A DNA stretch of 64,000 nucleotides from a virus. Lineage: Duplodnaviria > Heunggongvirae > Uroviricota > Caudoviricetes. Location: the IMG/VR virus record IMGVR_UViG_3300027963_000050, one strand, 5' to 3'. The position numbers and the translations under genes are program-made. This document shows, one piece after another, positions 63,167 to 64,000 of this stretch. The notes below the pieces were generated by a model, which was given only the letters and a program-made list of their open reading frames with translations, did not search any database and was not told the DNA's origin. Within the stretch, counting starts at the first letter, position 1; every line of letters begins with the position of its first letter.

Positions 63167-63991
63167 TTATTGAGTTATTTGATTATAACCCATCAACGAT
63201 TTCATTCTATTAAATTCTTCACTAATTAATTTTTCTTGTTTTTCATTACTCTCAGTTTTAAGATGTAACCCATTTCCCGATTCTTGACCTGTTTTATCAC
63301 TTATAACAGGTTGAGGGGCTTTATTGTATGCCGCTCTTTTAGCTTTATTGTACGCACCTTTCTTACGAGTTTTATTTAATTTTTTATTCTCATCAGTTTC
63401 AACAGCGTTAGCCCATTCTGAATTATTTCCAGTTTTTGATGAACCTTCAATATTATTATCCATCCACTCTTCATTAGGATGAATTTCATCATAATCTAAA
63501 GTTTGCATCCCAGGTCTTAAGTAATCGTCAATAAATTCTTTACCATCGTCAGAAAGTTCATAAGCAGTTTTCTTCATTTTTTCTAACTCTCCATTCCCTT
63601 TAGGGAATACTTTTGGTTCCATTGAATATTCACCTTTAGAACCGTCTTTAAGGTAATCTTTCATTTTTTTAGTAACATCTTTAATGTAATCGTCATTTTC
63701 TTTACCAGAACCTTTGTGAGCCTTCTCATACGCCGAATAACCTTTAGGTGTTCCACCAATTGGTTTTAATTTTGTGTCGGTTGTTTTTTCAATCGCTTCA
63801 GTTTTTTGTTCTTTAACAATTCTTTCAATCATAGATACTAATTCACTTTCAGTTAATCTATAAGATTCTTTAACCTGATATTCTTTACCATCCACTTCAA
63901 ATGAATCTTCCCCACTTTTTTTAGCGTTAGCCAAGGCCCCTGAAAACGCATTACCTTCGTCTGTTTCAGTTTTTTTACCCTTTCTTAACAT
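63167..63991 (-). CDS. Lys/Glu-rich hypothetical protein (274 aa)
   Basis: ORF. Its start lies near the right window edge. Confidence 0.5.
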   Translation of the reverse strand: MLRKGKKTETDEGNAFSGALANAKKSGEDSFEVDGKEYQVKESYRLTESELVSMIERIVKEQKTEAIEKTTDTKLKPIGGTPKGYSAYEKAHKGSGKENDDYIKDVTKKMKDYLKDGSKGEYSMEPKVFPKGNGELEKMKKTAYELSDDGKEFIDDYLRPGMQTLDYDEIHPNEEWMDNNIEGSSKTGNNSEWANAVETDENKKLNKTRKKGAYNKAKRAAYNKAPQPVISDKTGQESGNGLHLKTESNEKQEKLISEEFNRMKSLMGYNQITQ

Positions 63992-64000
63992 CTTAAAATC

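Noticed and set aside
1-64000. CRISPR array, diversity-generating retroelement, integrase/transposase/IS element, rRNA
   Set aside because: No regularly spaced direct repeats with unique spacers. No reverse-transcriptase motifs (YxDD) in any frame I read. No tyrosine/serine recombinase or DDE transposase motifs. No rRNA-like conserved stretches. Only the HNH gene is an identifiable selfish element.

Overview
This is a 64 kb, AT-rich (about 30% GC by eye), very gene-dense segment with roughly 105 protein genes, about 85% of them on the minus strand. Most are packed head to tail, often as TAA-N-ATG or TAATG junctions.

Three things suggest a Bacteroidetes-type host: (i) many A-tract/GC-stem/T-tract intrinsic terminators; (ii) repeated -7-like TAnnTTTG promoter boxes 20-25 nt upstream of start codons; (iii) lipoprotein and secretion signal peptides. 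The gene content then points to a large virulent phage, or a phage-derived island. That content includes paralogous fibre/receptor-binding genes, an HNH endonuclease, two orphan adenine methyltransferases, DUF3310 and DUF192 proteins, many acidic small proteins, and auxiliary genes for a type II glutamine synthetase, DnaJ, thioredoxin, glutaredoxin, NUDIX, a DHH phosphoesterase and a Dps-like protein.

I found no rRNA, tRNA, CRISPR array, integrase, transposase or reverse transcriptase. Functional calls come from motif recognition by eye, not database searches.

The most unusual observations are:
1. About 27 otherwise unrelated genes carry one of three conserved N-terminal leader peptides: MK[ILV][IV]ITE[SN], MNLxENIxRIxxMM and MKDLIKxILREE. 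Each leader has an (I/L)xE motif at the position where the T4 prohead protease cuts capsid-targeting sequences. This may be a capsid-targeting or processing leader system marking a large set of packaged or injected proteins.
2. A 2.6 kb gene-poor control region (6817-9440) contains a G-run (G4-like) tract, TTGTTGATAACTT iterons with DnaA-box-like sites, a four-half-site nested palindromic operator, AT-rich palindromes and twin promoters sharing an AATCCCCC upstream element. This is a candidate replication origin or regulatory hub.
3. A module of four paralogous fibre/lectin-like genes, interrupted by an HNH endonuclease island, includes one member with a fibrinogen-related (DGGGWT) domain.
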